Positions 51,074 through 64,000 of a DNA stretch of 64,000 nucleotides are shown one piece after another. Position numbers and translations under genes: made by a program. Numbering within the stretch: position 1 is the stretch's first letter; every line of letters starts with the position of its first letter. Location of the stretch: assembly GCA_000320545.1 (NCBI GenBank), contig ADNK01002518.1, forward strand, positions 29,194 through 93,193, in the 5' to 3' direction. This DNA comes from Bigelowiella natans CCMP2755 (lineage: Eukaryota > Protista > Cercozoa). A model generated the notes under the pieces. It was not told where the DNA came from. It saw only the letters and a list, made by a program, of their open reading frames with translations, and did no database searches.

Positions 51074-52472
51074 CAGAGGCATCATCTTCAATTTGGATGA
51101 CTAGTCATTTCAGACAGAATACCAATGATCAATATCGTCCTTCGATCATAAGTACTTAAAGTCATAAATTAAGGAAATTGTAACATCCCTCTTTAGGCTA
51201 GTATTGTGCATCCAAAAGAAGGAAAATTTAAAGTGACTAAAGGTAAAGTCCAAATAATATGTTCAGAATAATCATCACTACAATCAACCATGCTGTCTAT
51301 ATAAGGTGCTGCCCCGCAAATCTTAGAGCTTTGTGCAGATGGAAAAAGGATGGTACTCACTATATTGTGCAATCTTCACAAAAGCCTGGCCCTCACTCAG
51401 CATTGTTAGGAGCAAAAAGTTATGCGTATTGTTGATGATCTTGCGGGGAGAGGATATCGTGCTCTTGGTAAAGAACATCAACTATGAGTTTCAAATTCTC
51501 ATCCAACGCTTACAACAATTATATTGATAAAGGTGTTGCAATGTCCAAAGAAGATGGAAAGCTTTATTTCTCAGGGGTGAGAATTATATGCTAGATTTTT
51601 TACCACCTTTCCTTTTTAGCACTGTGATTCAGTTGAATCCCACAATCAAGGTTCTATCCCTTTTCGATCCTCCACGTCACGATACCAAACGCACAATAGA
51701 GCGTGCTCAGGATATGGGGGTCCAGGTTGTGTTTACAGTCTAGAAGTCTCAGTGACTATATTCTATAACTCTCATATTCTGCCCGAAATTGAACTGATGG
51801 TGTTCAGGTAAAGATGATCACTGGAGATCATACAGCAATTGCAATCGAGACTGCAAGGCGTCTTGGTCTCTACTAATATATATTAATGGCGCATGTGTTA
51901 CATGAGTTTTTAATTATTGCTTTTACAAGGAATGGGAACATCGATTCATTCTGTTGATGCGATGAAGGTATTATATTGCAATTTATGCAGATAATTGGTA
52001 ATAATAACAACTTATCACATCTCATGTTTGGCAGAGTGGGCAACAGCCAGAAATCGACCATAAAAATAGTTCAGGGGTAATGATGATATCGTACAAAGCC
52101 ACATGATATATGTAAATAATATGCATTCACCAATATTGTTGGTCTATTTATCAACAGTTAACAGTGTCTTCTTCTATTAATCTTAAAGCCATATAAGAAT
52201 CTGGCTCCTGATGACCTCGATGATATCATTCTTGCAGCTGATGGTTTTGCAGAGGTATTATTATATTTCATGGTTACTACTAGGGAGGTATTCTTCATCG
52301 CTACCACCATAATAAAGTTCACATAGCTTTCTCATCATCATACTCATAGGTGCTTCCAGAAGATAAGTTCAAGATTGTGGAAGTTTTACAGGCAAGTGGA
52401 CAAATCGTTGGAATGACTGGTTATAAGTGAATATTTATATCATATTTTTCCAAGAATGTAGTGAAGTAAATG

Positions 52473-52521
<49 letters not shown>

Positions 52522-52770
52522 GTGATGGTGTGAATGATGCCCCAGCATTGAAAAAGGCAGAGATTGGAATTGCTGTTGAGGGTTACTTACAACTTGAAGA
52601 GAACACAAATAACAATAAATCGTAGTATTTAAAGTATGTGCATATTGCTGAAAAGAAGTTTTCTCTAGGTGCTACCGATGCTGCCCGTGCAGCTGCAGAC
52701 ATTGTGTTGACCGAACCTGGTAAGAATGGTTATTCAGAGCAAATTTAAGCATGATTCATCTATCATCCCA

Positions 52771-52805
<35 letters not shown>

Positions 52806-54401
52806 CACACACTTTCATCGTTCATTCATTCACAGGACTTAGCGTAATTATCGATGCTATGACTGCGTCGAGGAAGATATTTCAGCGAGTTAGGAACTAC
52901 TGTAAGTCTTTTGCACTTTTTAGTTACATGTGAGGTGATTGGATGAGATCCATTGTATTTCATGTTTTGTTCATTAAGGTATGTATCGAGTGGCAGGAAC
53001 AATACAGTTGATATTCTTCTTCTTCATTGCTATTTTCTTCGATCCGAGCAGTTCCTTTGGTCAGTCATTATCATCGAAACGACTAGCTTTACGTAGTAGT
53101 ATCCTCGTCAAGCATAATTCACAATGACCATAATAATTAGTAATAATACAGAAAATGGCGAAGATGAGAAAAACTTCCGTTTACCAGTATTGGCAGTGGT
53201 AAGAGAAGCATTCATATCAATTATCCTTTTCTACATTATAGAATCATTCATGTTCACTATCATTTTCTACGTTCGTTGTGATCCTTTCCCCTCCTTCCCC
53301 AGGTGTTCATTACTCTCGTAAACGACGCATGCGTAAGATTGAGTTCTTTTCAATAACCGAGATTACTACTGCGATTCGAATGATGTTTCTAATACTTCGG
53401 TATGTTTACCAATAGGTCCTCACTATTTCGAAGGATTATGTCATTCCGGACACTGATCCGCAAGTGTGATCGATCAACCGTGCAACAACAACAACAACTA
53501 ATATGTAGTACTATGCATGTTTATTAAGGTTGTATGTTGTTGTTCTTCCTCCATTGTAGGCTTGGCATCTTAAGGAAGTCTTCATCATCTCAGCAGTTTT
53601 AGGGTACAACGGTTTTACACTGATTTTTTTACTTGTAGTAGTTCGCACTGGCATTTCTATTCTGTCGTTCGTTCACTTTAAACAAGAACTCTTAATACGA
53701 TACTTGAAGGTTTTCGGCTGTTTTGGCGAGTGTTTTGCTGCTGCTCTCAGTATTTGATGGGGGAGGTATCAACTTTGGGATCATCGTTGATCGTCGTTTT
53801 TAAGTTGTAAATCATCTATCAATCGATTATTAGATCAGAAAGGGAGTAGAACCGTTTCATGTATCTTCTTTGAAGATTGTAAGACGAATTACGGGAAGGT
53901 AGTAGTTACAAAATAATAAGAACAACTTATACGCCTCTCGGTATGAATAACCATATGATTTTTGTTAAAAGGCTCAAACCGTAGTCTTCTTAAACTTGTG
54001 TATCTCGGATATAATCACAGTATTTTCGGCACGTAAGTGATTCCCCTCCTATAGATTTTTTATTCAAAAAAAAGTAGACGACTGGAGAGTGAATGCTTCA
54101 TTGAGTCATTCACCCATGATGAAATGATTCATTTATTTTGGTCTATCAGGGACTAAGTCATGGTTTTTCAGCCGGAAACCGGTTGTATTATATACTAATT
54201 AGCATTCTCATTCAAATCAAAAACGTGTGATAATAATGTCTGAACAACGCGGGTATTTCCTCCTATGCTTCTTTCCTCAGGCACTTGCTTTGTTCCTTGC
54301 TTTCATATTTGCGGTTACAGCTACATCAATGGTCCGAAGCATTTTCCAACCAATTTCCAGTATCATCACATCATCATATGCACACATTTCGAGACAGCAT
54401 G

Positions 54402-54441
<40 letters not shown>

Positions 54442-55190
54442 GGAGATGAACATGGTGAATCGATGATTCGTGTGTCGTTTATTATTACCAAAAGGTATCA
54501 ACCCTTGTAAGCTTTGGTGGCATGGAGCCTATCAGTGCATATTCAATGGGAATAATCTGGATATATGTGCTCATTTGGTATCATCATCATCATCATCGTC
54601 ATCATCATGTGTGACAACACTCATCTCATCCCAACTTCAGATACTACTACAAGTGCATAATCATCGTCCATTATTATCTGTTCTTAGGTTCGTCATCAGG
54701 GATGCATTAAAACTTGTTGCTTATAACGTATGTAGAGAATAGAGAGAGCCAAACATATCTGACTACTTCAATGCGCACAACGTCTTGAGTCTTCACCAAA
54801 CAACCATGTTTTGCAATAAATGTTTGAAACAAACTCCAGTTGATTGAAAAGTACAAAATTGTGGATCGTACTGCTTATTTGGATCTTGTGAAAGCAAAGC
54901 CGAAAGTAAGTAAAATGTTTGCTCTTTATGGACAGTAGATAGCACATGAAGTCCTTGTTATTTTTAAATAATATATTCAGGATAAACTAGGGATGAGTGG
55001 AATTCGTAAGTTCAGCCAGGACATTCGGGAGGTTGGGCGTCGTCGTGGTGAGTTATTATTGATGGTGTTGTATCGGTATCCTCCTCAGTATCCATCTGAA
55101 ACTTTCTTGAGATAGCTCTTATTTTTTCGCAGGTGAATCTGTGGATGCAATATTCGCAGTTGATGTGCAAGAAAAGTTAGGTCGTATGAT
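48128..55190 (+). CDS. PMA1: P-type (P3A) plasma-membrane H+-ATPase, about 45-50 short exons
   Basis: YGPNE, DQAALTGESLPV, IASIPIAMQVV, LCSDKTGTLT (~50427-50456), [62 protein letters not shown]. 3' end approximate. Confidence 0.93.
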
Positions 55191-55377
55191 GATTCCTCAC
55201 GTTGTTGTTGCTGTTCCTCATCAGTGTGATGATGAATGATCATCATCCTCATGCTAACGTTTCCTTTGTGTTTGGACAAAATAGTCTCTGGAGGTCGTTC
55301 TGCTCCGGGGGAGGAGAAAAGAGTTCATTTTGTTGATTTGTAGCCCACATGGTTTGGATTTGTCACAATTTGTGCGA

Positions 55378-55494
55378 CGGATGTAATGAATCAAATTAAA
55401 TTTGTTCAATGGTCATCCTCATGTAGCTGTGCAAAGCAACGGCTACAGCGCTAATGTTGAATCTTATAATCTGTTGGTCTCCGCTGTGATGTCT
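55378..55494 (+). repeat. Short dispersed repeat, copy 3
   Basis: Alignable by eye with 30277-30383 and 30664-30743. Confidence 0.65.
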
Positions 55495-56095
55495 AGATGT
55501 GTTTCATGCGATCTGTGATTGCATTGGTGCAGCATGCTTCGGTACGCACATGCTGCATGATTATTAAGCTAGCACGCGCATCGGCACACATAGCCATCTA
55601 AATGCTATGGCGACATGCACAATGTGTAGATTGCATTGTAGCTGCATGCTGAGATTCACCTGCACATCTGTCACTCTGTCATTTAAAGATGTCTAGATGT
55701 GCACGTGTACGCATGACGGTGTGCATGCGAGCGGGCGCGCGCGCGGTGAACATCGCGTAGACTGTACGTACGTTGTCTAGTAGTACGAATCGACCAGTAT
55801 CGTAACAGCAGTACTAGAGCTACACTCAGTTGTAGCATTGAGGCTCTCAGTATCACTTTTGCTAGACTTACAACTGGCGACCACAACTAGACAACACAGG
55901 ATTTTGTGGTAGAAATAACGGATGTGATTAGCGAGCTGCTTCGTTTCATGGAAATTTGCGCAATAGGTTTCTAGCTACCTTCGCAGGTGAGCAGCGAGGC
56001 AGCATTTGACATCTAAAATGCTACTTTGAGCCTGGGATACATCGAGTAGATTCTGGGACAGACAGCATGAGTCTTCTTTTTGTTACCTGCTGCAC

Positions 56096-57975
56096 CTAAG
56101 ATTTTCGCTGCCTTTTTGATTTACTGGAACTACTCGTGGATGCTCCTCCTCCCGTTGATAGCTCTCGTTTTACTTTATGTGTTCCTCCTCCCCCGACATG
56201 AGTGCTTTTATTTTGAGCTCTTAATGCTGAACGTAGCCTATCACGCTCCTTCTCACGCTCCATTACATGTTTGTTGAGATTGATCAACCTCACCAAATTT
56301 CGTCGAAGTTCATCGTACATTTTAGTGACTTTATACGATGGAGCTTTAAACGGCCGTGGAGCAGCATAATTGAATCCTGATGATGTTTGGGGGTAGACAA
56401 ATTCTAATTACTACCATAAACACTATCATAAATACTAAAATATCATTATCATCATCGTCATCATCATTACTATTATCACCATTATCATCATCATCATCAT
56501 CATCATATATGTTCGCCTTGCTTTGTTGAGTGACTAATAATAGGCACACTCTTCTGATAGAAGAAACTCGGGGGGGGGGGGGGTGGATACTGATATACAC
56601 AGATAATCTATATATACACAGAAAATGAGTATATATTATTTTAGCACCTAGTTCAATCAATTCGGTCTCTAGCTGTTTGTAGACCCTTCCACTTTTCAGG
56701 AATGGAGCGATTGTAGGTCGTGAGCTGCTCAGAGAAACACTCCCAGAAGTTAGAACAGGCAGCATATTGGCTTCTGGATGGCATTCATTGGGTATTTTGG
56801 CTCGAGGGGCGTTCGCATCTAAGTAGTAGTTTGAAGAGACTACGACATTCTTCTTCTTCTTCCTTCGGCCACGTCTCCCAGATGATGGAGCGACACCACT
56901 TCCTCCAGCTGCTGCTGCTGCTTTGACTCTGGCAGCACGTTGTATCATTCCCAAGGCTGCACGAGGATTTTTCTTCAAGGCATCTAATTGCTTTTTCACT
57001 CGCCGCATTTTCTGAGCATATGAGTGTGCAGTAGTATTATATTACTAAGTGAAGAGGAGGAGAAAGAGGAAGCAATAGGAGGAAGAATACTAATACATGT
57101 TTTATGACGAATAATTCTCATCACACAGAACAAGGTTTAAGAAGTAGTAGTAGTAGTAGTAGTAGTTGTTGTTGTTGCTGTAGTAGCATTGGGGGATAAA
57201 TAAAAAAGATCCAAACTAGACGTCAGCACCTACACCTAGCCCTCTCTCTTCCATTTATGATTTTTCCTCTCATAATAACAATAATATTAACATAGCCCAC
57301 CACCACCTTATCAATTTCACGAGTCTCAGCAACCTTGGCGGTGATCTCCTTTTCCTGAAGAATAAGAAGAAACAACGAATGTGTTGGGGAGGAGGAGGAG
57401 GAAGAGGAGGAGGAGGAAGATGATGCTGCTTCATAGGATAATATTAGAGTGAAAGAAGTAGTGCTTTTGTTTGTGCTAATGGTTGTTCTCCTTTCAAAAA
57501 GGAGGCATGCTGTTGTTACTGCATGGAGCTACTAGCTGTACCTACCTAGGTCCCTCCTCTTCCTCTTCCTCCTTCCCCACCCCCAACACCATCTCATTAC
57601 CTGTTGGCTTGTACGCCTGAAGAGAAGCTCCATCTGTTCTCTACGAGTCTTCTCATGCTCGCCGTCATAGTTGTGCTGCAACCAAGTGATATTTTAGTAT
57701 CATGTGTACCACTACCACTACTACTACTACTACTACCTGAAACATAGGGTGTTGCGCTTGAAGCTCCTTCTCACTCACTCCTTCACCAACCTTTCTAGCC
57801 TAAAAATGGAGGGAGAGTCGAGACGTGTAATAAGTAGAGGACATTACGAACAATAATAATACTAATAAAACGATTGTTGAGTTGTTAATTGCAGCAGTAT
57901 TATCTCAGATTCGTGGTCCCTTCCTCCTTCCCAAAGGAGGAAATATAAGAGCAACTAGTTTGGCAGAAGCAAAAG

Positions 57976-58007
<32 letters not shown>

Positions 58008-58153
58008 ATCATCATCATCATCATCATCATCATCATTAATACTAGTACTACTACTACCTTTAGCAGCAACTTTTGGCAGTCATAGTATCTAGATTTAAGC
58101 TCTTCGATTGTGCGATACCCCTTAACCCTATTTACCCCCCACCCTGTTGTGCT

Positions 58154-58189
<36 letters not shown>

Positions 58190-60299
58190 GGTCGAGGTCA
58201 ACATCGTCATAGAGCTGCTCCCATTGATGCGACGACTACAACTAATGGCGTTTTTGTTGTTGCTGCTGCTACTACTACTACTATTTAAACGACGACTACA
58301 ACTACTACTACTACTACTACTACTACTACTGCTACTATTGTTCCTACACGTGGTTGTTGCTTTTGATAATGCTGCTACTGCTGGTGATGATGATGGTGAT
58401 GATGATGATGATGGCATACTGCTAGTCTTCCCAGCAGCGTTCTTTCTCGGATGCTGTTGTGTGCCACTACTACTGCTATTACTACTACTACTATTACTAC
58501 TACTGCTACTACTTGAAGCAGCAGCCGGTGCAACCATTACTGCTGCTGATGATGACGATGATGATGATGCTGCTGCTGATGATAATGACAATGACGAAGA
58601 TGATGATGGTAGTGAGGAAGGTAGTGAAGAGGGAGGGGTCATTCGTGCAGCAGAAACACCACCACCACCGCCAGTAGCAGCAGCAGCAGCAGCAAATGGG
58701 TAGCCTTCATGAGTAGATTTTGGAATATAGGGTACTTCGAGATTATTGAGGATAGGATTGTAGCGATCATGGATGACAAGAAATCTGGTGGTGGTAGCAA
58801 TAGTAGTAATAGTAGTAGTAGTAGTAGTAGTAACAACAACAACAACAATAACAAGGATTAGAACAGAAAGAGAGAAATTATGTACTACCCACAATACATG
58901 TCCTCTTTAACATTCAAACCAACCCACCAAACCCTCTTACCTCTCCTCCTCCTCTTTCCTTAGCTATTATTTATTACCTTCACATACTACTTCTACTACC
59001 ACTACCACTACTACTACCACTACTATTATTATGCTCACACCACCATCAACAACAGCAGCATCACAAGCACCACATAACAGTACAAACCGCACCTCAAGTC
59101 AAAACGCCGACAAAGATCAAATAGCTTGTCAGTCTCTGCACGACTCCACTTTGGATCCTTCAAGTGGTTTTCGTATTCCTGGAAACATAGTTGATTGGTA
59201 GAGGAGGAGGAGGAGGAGGAGGAGGTATACGATTACTGAGAAACGAATCAGTAAATTGGAAGAGCAGCATATATCATAAATAAACCAGCTTACTTACCAC
59301 ATCCGTATACTTTAGCATTTTCAGCTCTTTATTCCATTTTGCAAATCTGAACAACGACAACAACAGCAACAACGTGAAAGAAAGAAAGAAAGAAAACAGC
59401 AGTCAATGTTGAACAAACAACAAATTGTAGCTTAATTTTCGATCACCGAGTCATCACCATCATCATCACCACCACCACCAACAACAACAACAACAACTCT
59501 TTGATCGCAAGCACCACCAGCACCTGTAATCTGGCATATTATGGATCTTCACCCAGTGGAAAATATCTAGATCATCTTTTTCCTTTCCTGATCATGTAGT
59601 GGCAGCAGTAAGTAAGTGTTGCATATGAGCAAGGTTAGCTACATTTAAGAAGGAGGAGGAGGAGGAGGAGGAGGAGGAGGTGTTTTAACGTATTTTAAAG
59701 GTGTTTTTACGAACTTATACCATTGAGGACAGTCATCGAGAATAGATCATTGGGATAGATTAACAAACAAGCAAACAAACAAAGAGACAAACAAGCAGCA
59801 CCTGTAATTGTACGCCGTGCAGAGCTTCGTATACGTTCCAATTTCCAGGATATTTTCCGTGCTAAATCATAATAGAGAGTTATAATGATTCAGACAGGAG
59901 AAGCTAGTCTTCGGTGGATGATGGACAAATTACTGGTTATTCTACGTATTACATCTTTTCGCTTTGAACTGTGTTTGCGCTTGAACCAGACCCGGAACCC
60001 TGTTGTTGTCGTCAAGAAGGTTCCTGACTTCACGAGCAAGTCCTGCAGCACAGAATGTTATTAAATGACAATGTGAAGAGGGAAGCAGAAGAAGATGAAG
60101 AGGCCACCTTTTGTCAATGGATTATTCTTTGCAGTCTGCTTCTTTGTTGTGGCCTATTGGTAGTACACCATTTGTCAGCTGCAGAAAAAAAACAGAGCTC
60201 CCCGTCCTCGACGAATAAATGTAGTAGTCACCATCTAACCTTTGGAGTGGGTTGCCCCCCCTTGTGCGTGAGTCCTAGGATATCCTTAACGTCCGACAT
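56096..60299 (-). CDS. DMAP1: DNA methyltransferase 1-associated protein 1 (SWC4/EAF2, SANT domain)
   Basis: [10 protein letters not shown] start, [81 protein letters not shown]. Confidence 0.9.
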
Positions 60300-61246
60300 C
60301 GTTTCTAATAGGAAACTTTAAATAGAAGTGCTCGATTGACCTTCGTGATTACTCCTTCGCGGAAGATGTAGATTACGTTTGTAGGATATCTGCCAGTAGT
60401 GCTTAAGTGCTCAGTTTTTGCTTAGCAGCTAAGGAGATACAAGTTTGCGTTGTACGATGACTCGAACTTCCAATAGCTCTTCACCCCGCACGCACTAACG
60501 TGTTCGGGAGCTAGTGAATGGCCCTTCTCCAAGAACCCCAGCAGCAGAAAAGTAGAATTATGAATCGTCGTCGATTTCGTCGCGTGTTGGTGTGTAGGAC
60601 TTACGTACCCCTTCAAATAGGATAAGCTAATGTGGGCTATTCGCTGATTAGTTGTAACTTTGGTCCTCTAGTGGTGCTATCTGAGTACAAGTTATCAGAT
60701 CGCAGTCGGTCCCCCCTCCTCCGTCCTACAACTAGATCTACTACTACTCCTCGTCTGGCCGCTTTCTGCTTGTCGTAGTATCGATCAATCAACTTAAAAT
60801 GATTCAGACTTTTCTGTTAACACCGGAGATACATGCAGACGCCTTTTTCATGATTTTTAGGTATGGATTATCATGTCTTAGATAAGAAATATGATGTAAT
60901 TTGTTCAATAATAACCCCGATCTTTTGGGTGTTGTCTTTATTTTCTGCCATCAAGCCGCAAATGATGGGTTCATTTTCTGCGCCATGGCTCTGATCAAGT
61001 CGCAATATGATGAATCCAAGACGAATTCTATTTGTTGAAATAATATCCTTGTTGGACACTGTAAAGAGGGAAATGTAGGAGGTTTTTACTTAAATTCCGT
61101 CAGTGGCGGTAGTATCGGTCGATCGTCGTGATAATCTCTCGCTTGCACGGCTTCTTGTTTGCCGACGAAGACGAAGAGAGTACTGCACAACGAGAATCCA
61201 CTCAAATAATACCTCGCTCTCCCTCCCCACCAGGGAGGCAGCAGGT

Positions 61247-62103
61247 ATGCAGTCTGGATTATTCGAACAGGGTTTCTGGCCATCTGAGGAACTTGATTGC
61301 TCTCATGATGACTGTGCGACGGAATGGTGGTACCTCCACTGCCATGTACTAGTACCCGACGTGGAAGCTAAACCTCCTCCTCCTCCTCCTCCTCCTCCTT
61401 CTCCTGCTGCTGCTGCTGCTGGAACTGAGCCAACAGCTAGCGAACAGCGCAATGATAAGACGACTCCTTCATTTCCAGCTCCTCCCCCTGTCCCTCAAAG
61501 CAACAACAGCAACAACAGCAACAGCAACAACAACAACAGCAACAGCAACAACAGCAACAACAGCAACAACAGCAACAGCAGCAACAGCAACAACAACAAC
61601 AACAACAGCAGTGAATTCGACGACGTCAAGGATGGCATAGGATTGGAACGAATAACAGAGGGGGCTAAGCCAGCTTCCACTACTAATACCAGTAGCAACA
61701 ACAAGCACCCCAATATTTCTCTTTTCGCCTGTTTCTTCCGAACGGTGAAAGGGATAGACCCTGAGAGCGGTGGTTTGCTTTACGCCTATGCTTTGAATTG
61801 GGCGCTTATCGATGTTGAGGGAAGGAGGTAATAATAAGGACTAAAGATAATGAGAGACTAATAACAAAAAGTTGTTGCTGATTGCTTTAATTTAGGTACA
61901 TCCAACATTCATTCGTAGACAATGATACGCCGCAGATCATCCTGCAGCAGGTTGGCAAATTTCACGGAATATATGTCTGAATGATGATGATAATACGCAC
62001 CATTTTGAAATAATGGCTCAGATTAAAGCTAGGCGCTATCAAATGGACAGCAGGCTTGAGAGCGCATTCATAGAAGCCCTCCGGAAAGGAAGGAGCAGAG
62101 AAG

Positions 62104-62137
<34 letters not shown>

Positions 62138-62198
62138 TGTTCCATTACCGGATCGAACATTCTTAACGAATAAGGTATAGTAGTACCAAATCGAAATG

Positions 62199-62232
<34 letters not shown>

Positions 62233-63344
62233 GCGTGTGTGTGACGACAGCGGTCATAGTAGTTGTGGTGGAGGAGGAGAAGCAGTTTGAAGAGAGGGGC
62301 AAGGAGAAAGAAGAAGGAGAAGAAGAAGGATCATCTTCATCGACCACTTTCCACTTAACTTTCATCAAAGTTATTACTCGTAATAGTTGCTGTATGTTGC
62401 TCACGAAAGATCTATCTATTGCAGCGTCAGATAGAATCAAAGGAGGAGTGCGGAAACAGCAGGTTATGGATCGACTTTGGAGGCAATGAGCTCAGGAAAA
62501 TAATAGATCATGGTGCGGAAAGAAGTAGTATTGGGAGAAGACGCAACAATGGAGAGGAGGACACTTTGGAAACAGCAGCGGCATCATCATCATCATCATC
62601 ATCATCATATTATTTTCTACGTCTGAGGGATTCAAAGAGGTAGGATATTAGTTGTAGTACCAAGATGCAGCAGCATTTGATGTCATCATCATCATCATCA
62701 TCATCATCATCACCTCTTCCTCCTCCCCTCCTCCTCCTCCCTCTCATACCATTTTCTCCCTTATCAGTGACGATGTATGCATTGATGCAGTCACCTTCCT
62801 TGTCCTCCTCCTTCCTCCCTCCGCCCCTCTCATATCACCTGTTATCAGTGGCAATGTATGCGTTGAATTGACGTTTCAACCTCGAAAGCCAGCCTATTTT
62901 CATGGAGAGAAAGGCTATGCAAGGTAATAAGAAAGTGCTGCCTCTAATATGAATGCATCGATCACGACTAATCGTTGTTTTTGTAATTGAAACAAAGCAT
63001 TGGGAGGCATGGCGAGTCAATGAAGTATTACTTCTTCCCATCGATGGATGTTCGTGGTAAATTGGCCTCGAGCATCCTTCCTTGTGCAGATCATGCTGCC
63101 TCTTCTTCTTCCTCCTCCTCCTCCTCCTCCTCCCATTCTGATAACAGCAAGATCTTCTCCAAAGTTGAGGGAAGAGGATGGTTTGATCATGAGTTTGGAG
63201 GGACTCCTCTGACTAAAAATGATGATGATGAGGAGGAGGAGGAGGAAGAGGAGGAGAAGAAGAAGAAACCTACAACCAAAACTACTGCTGTAGGTGCTAC
63301 TTCGTTTGAATCAATACGATGTGCTTCTTCTGCAAAGGACGCTG

Positions 63345-63377
<33 letters not shown>

Positions 63378-63479
63378 CAAAAATTACAACTAGTACCAGT
63401 AGTAGTACTAACACTACTCCTCCTCCTACTAAGAGTGCTATCATAAACGAATCAAAAGAAAAAGAAGAAGAAGAAGAAG

Positions 63480-63510
<31 letters not shown>

Positions 63511-64000
63511 GCCCAGTGTGAGTAGTAGGAGTAAAGCTGAGGACAACAAGTCAGCAACAAAGAACAACAAGAACAACAAGAACAACAAGGAGAAGAAGAA
63601 GAAGAAGAAGAAGAAGAAGAAGAAAAAGAAGAAAGGCATTGATATGACAACGAGCCATAATTATAACAGCACAGCTAAATCTTATCGTGAAGGTGATGAC
63701 GATTATGCATGGAATTGGGTAGCATTACAACTAGAAGATGGTTATGAGCTAACAGGCTGCCAGGTTATTGATCCAAACTACTACTACTACTGCTACTGCG
63801 ACAACAATCATGATGATGATGATGATGATGGAATGGAAAAACAACAGGAAAAGAGAGGGACGAGGAGGTGCTTTGTTGTGGACGTACAGATCACTGGTTT
63901 ATCCAATTGTGCATGATCGTGCGCCACGCTCATCGCCAAGTGGTCTGGTGGGTGCCATGAAATGGCAGCACTAGAGCACAAAAATTGCAATGCCAAATCC
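61247..64000 (+). CDS. AttH/CrtC-like (hydroxyneurosporene synthase/lipocalin-fold) protein, runs off window end
   Basis: H..CATEWWYLHCH, SLFACFFR, VPLPDR, MKYYFFP, VEGRGWFDHEFGG, WNWVALQLEDGYEL are hallmarks of the CrtC/AttH-lipocalin family. Interrupted by introns and in-frame homopolymer runs. Confidence 0.75.

Noticed and set aside
1-64000. tRNA, rRNA or snRNA genes
   Set aside because: None were recognisable by eye. tRNAscan-SE or Infernal would be needed to exclude them.

Overview
Eukaryotic nuclear DNA, gene-dense and very intron-rich, with microsatellite-laden introns. The style suggests a flagellated protist such as a chlorarachniophyte or other rhizarian; this is inference only. 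About 14 protein genes: G-alpha (partial), DNA primase small subunit, WDR34, a kinesin-4-like motor, a bacterial-type GT4 glycosyltransferase, a U-box/Sel1 protein, a flavin amine oxidase, an intronless p25alpha-like/PH protein, CAF1, DUF4291, a TM-PDZ protein, a tyrosine-kinase-like/ankyrin protein, a P3A H+-ATPase and DMAP1, plus a partial AttH/CrtC-like gene. The most striking signal is non-coding. Transposon relics and the intergenic DNA downstream of gene 3' ends have lost almost all TpA dinucleotides, apparently converted to TG/CA/CG, while CTAG is spared. For example, 22441-23660 has 7 TA by manual count, 6 of them in CTAG, with a TA-free run of about 540 nt. Genes, introns and divergent promoters keep abundant TA. 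This looks like a targeted A:T->G:C hypermutation, a mirror image of fungal RIP. Exon coordinates and counts were derived by eye and are approximate.
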